From positions 62,001-89,449 of the IMG/VR virus record IMGVR_UViG_2617271287_000001: DNA of 27,449 bases; one strand, 5' to 3'. Origin of the DNA: an uncultured virus (IMG/VR IMGVR_UViG_2617271287_000001) (Duplodnaviria; Heunggongvirae; Uroviricota; Caudoviricetes). Every line of letters begins with the position of its first letter. The stretch's first letter is position 1. The notes below the pieces were generated by a model. It ran no database searches and was not told the origin of the DNA. It was given only the letters and a program-made list of their open reading frames with translations. This document shows positions 25,826 to 27,449 of the stretch, piece by piece. Position numbers and translations under genes: made by a program.

Positions 25826-26341
25826 TCAGGTGGGCCAACGCCACGGCCGGAAGTCGCTGGGGATCTGCTCGACAAGCAGCAGCGTCCCGCCTGCGTCGAG
25901 TTCGATCTCCAGACCGCGCACAACGCCGGCGCGCTCAAGCGCCTGGCCCAGGCGCAAGTATGTTATCCCGTCCAGGGGATCCCGGCCGAGGTAGCCCAGC
26001 CGCTGTCGTGCGGGTGCGGGCCCGTGGTAGATGCCCTCGTCGTCCACGCTCCCGACGACGACGCCGCCGTCGAGCACGTCGTAGCAGCAGTCCGAGCAGT
26101 AGTGCGTCTCGCGCGTTATGCCGTGCTCGATCGCCCAGGAGTACATGCCGAGCGCGTCGGTGACCATATCGTGCCTGTCTTGCAGGCCCACGATTCCGCA
26201 CTGGTAGAGTTCGTTTGCCTCGGCCACCAGATACAGGTACTGCTCATCAGCGGCATACAGCCATGCTGCGTGCTGCCGGATCGCTGCGAGCCATTGGGTC
26301 AGGCGCTGACCGTGGCGATGCCTGGGATCGGAATAGGACAT
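25826..26341 (-). CDS. Hypothetical 171-aa protein, predicted LexA-regulated
   Basis: Intact ORF, conserved second copy nearby, SOS box 25 nt upstream; no clear Shine-Dalgarno. Confidence 0.8.
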   Translation of the reverse strand: MSYSDPRHRHGQRLTQWLAAIRQHAAWLYAADEQYLYLVAEANELYQCGIVGLQDRHDMVTDALGMYSWAIEHGITRETHYCSDCCYDVLDGGVVVGSVDDEGIYHGPAPARQRLGYLGRDPLDGITYLRLGQALERAGVVRGLEIELDAGGTLLLVEQIPSDFRPWRWPT

Positions 26342-26366
26342 GCTGTAGTTGGGGGGTACGAGTCGT

Positions 26367-26386
26367 TACTGTATGTACATACAGTA
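26367..26386. promoter_or_regulatory. LexA (SOS) box
   Basis: Perfect 20-bp palindrome TACTGTATGTACATACAGTA matching the gammaproteobacterial CTGT-N8-ACAG consensus. Confidence 0.92.
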
Positions 26387-26548
26387 TTTGAGGTGGGTAC
26401 GGCATGCCAGCGAATGGCGATGAGCTGCGCGTACCCTTGGCGAATGGCTGACTTCATGCGGCGCTGCAAGGGGGAGATGAGGAGGAGCGCCTGAATATCC
26501 CTCCAGCAACACCAACCAGGGGCCTGTGTCGGGCTGCTCTTTTTCTGG

Positions 26549-26566
26549 TTACGCCAAATTTACGCC
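26549..26566. repeat. Direct repeat TTACGCC x2 (candidate integrase arm-type sites)
   Basis: TTACGCC at 26549 and 26560 (11-bp period), about 50 bp from att core. Confidence 0.5.
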
Positions 26567-26578
26567 GCCAGAAACGAC

Positions 26579-26610
26579 AAAGCCCGCAAATTCAAAGACT
26601 TGCGGGCTTT
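26579..26610. terminator. att-adjacent hairpin with IHF-like site in loop
   Basis: AAAGCCCGCAA-attcaaagac-TTGCGGGCTTT; ATTCAAAGACTTG is one mismatch from WATCAANNNNTTR. Confidence 0.7.
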
Positions 26611-26613
26611 CTT

Positions 26614-26629
26614 TGGTGCCTCGGGAGAG
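26614..26629 (-). other. Attachment-site core: 3' end of a tRNA (probably tRNA-Leu)
   Basis: Minus strand CTCTC-CCGAGGC-A-CCA has the layout of T-stem 3' strand + acceptor 3' strand + discriminator A + CCA; Leu identity is from recollection and needs checking. Confidence 0.75.
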
Positions 26630-26634
26630 CACCG

Positions 26635-27264
26635 ATGCTGATTACCGAGCAGCAGTTGCTGCAGATACTTCCCAACGCCGGCCATCACGCCGGCTTTTTT
26701 GTGCCCGCACTGAATGCTGCCATGGGGCGCTTCGGCATTACCTCGCCGGTGCGGGTCGCCGCGTTCCTCGCCCAAGTCGGGCACGAGAGCGCCCACCTGA
26801 CCCAGTTGGTTGAGAACCTTAACTATAGCGCCCGCGGCTTGGCTGCGACCTGGCCGAGCCGGTACCTCGGTGCCGATGGCCAGCCCAACGCCCTGGCGCA
26901 GCGCCTGGCGCGCAATCCGCAGGCGATCGCCACCAATGCCTACGCATCGCGCACCGGGAACGGCGATGAGGCCTCCGGCGACGGCTGGCGGTTCCGCGGT
27001 CGAGGGTTGCTGCAAATCACCGGCCGTAAGAACTACCGGGCTGCCGGGGCCGGCCTCGGCCTGCCGCTGGAGGCTGAGCCCGAGTTGCTGGAGCAGCCCG
27101 AGCACGCGGCCAGGTCGAGCGCCTGGTGGTGGGCGGCGCATGGGCTCAACGATCTGGCCGATTCGGGCAGCTTTGCACTTATTACCCGGACGATTAACGG
27201 CGGCATGAATTGTCAGGCGGAGCGCCTGGCGCTGTGGGAGTGGGCGAAGAGGGTGCTGTCGTGA
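26635..27264 (+). CDS. Second GH19 endolysin (209 aa), from another prophage or remnant
   Basis: Same length and motifs as 23016-23645 but divergent sequence; GGAGAG RBS. Confidence 0.92.
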   Translation: MLITEQQLLQILPNAGHHAGFFVPALNAAMGRFGITSPVRVAAFLAQVGHESAHLTQLVENLNYSARGLAATWPSRYLGADGQPNALAQRLARNPQAIATNAYASRTGNGDEASGDGWRFRGRGLLQITGRKNYRAAGAGLGLPLEAEPELLEQPEHAARSSAWWWAAHGLNDLADSGSFALITRTINGGMNCQAERLALWEWAKRVLS

Positions 27265-27449
27265 TCTCCGCCCGTGCGTTCTCGGTCGCGCTGGCCTGCC
27301 TGCTGCTGGTCGGCCTCGGCGCTGCTGGCGGTGTCTGGATTGGCGCGCGGCACTACCGGCCGCAGCTCGATGCTCCGCGGGCGGATTTGGTCGCCTGCCG
27401 CGCCGCCAGGGGAAGCCTGGAGGCCGCAGTGGCGGAGCAGGGCAGGTAG
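27261..27449 (+). pseudogene. Truncated inner-membrane spanin (62 aa versus 122 aa)
   Basis: Colinear with 23642-24010 until TAG at 27447-27449, where the first copy has CAG. Confidence 0.7.

Larger units (their letters stand above)
1..26629 (+). mobile_element. Temperate siphovirus prophage (late arm and right end; left part lies outside the window)
   Basis: Complete co-oriented packaging-head-tail gene set with a long tape measure and no sheath gene; att-like tRNA 3' fragment at 26614-26629. Confidence 0.93.

Noticed and set aside
25438..25938. Apparent SRAP-hypothetical fusion ORF, and other ORFs reading through Ns
   Set aside because: Artefacts of translating across 10-N gaps of unknown true length
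26614..26629. Complete tRNA gene
   Set aside because: Only the 3'-terminal 16 nt are present; no T-loop, anticodon or D arm
1..27449. CRISPR array or IS element
   Set aside because: No regularly spaced repeats or transposase ORF detected by eye

Overview
Late (lysis/morphogenesis) arm and right end of a high-GC, Pseudomonas aeruginosa-like temperate siphovirus prophage. On the + strand the order is: structured late leader, two holin-type genes, terminase small and large subunits, portal, MuF/gp7 head protein, protease/scaffold, decoration protein, major capsid, head-tail connectors, tail tube with two Ig-like domains, chaperone, tape measure, tail-tip proteins and tailspike. An oppositely oriented low-GC AT3-SGNH O-acyltransferase lies between the tailspike and the GH19 endolysin/spanin genes. 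The right end carries a LexA-box-preceded 'hypothetical + SRAP peptidase' module present as two divergent, gap-interrupted copies (10-N gaps at 24503-24512 and 25615-25624). A tRNA-3'-end-like att core with flanking hairpin, IHF-like and arm-like sites follows, fused directly to the ribosome-binding site of a second, apparently decaying lysis cassette. The most notable items are the tailspike + O-acyltransferase low-GC cassette, the SOS module, the unusual att/endolysin junction, a multi-hairpin candidate RNA in the late leader and two small ORFs not delimited by the ORF track. All family assignments come from motif and gene-order recognition; no searches were run.
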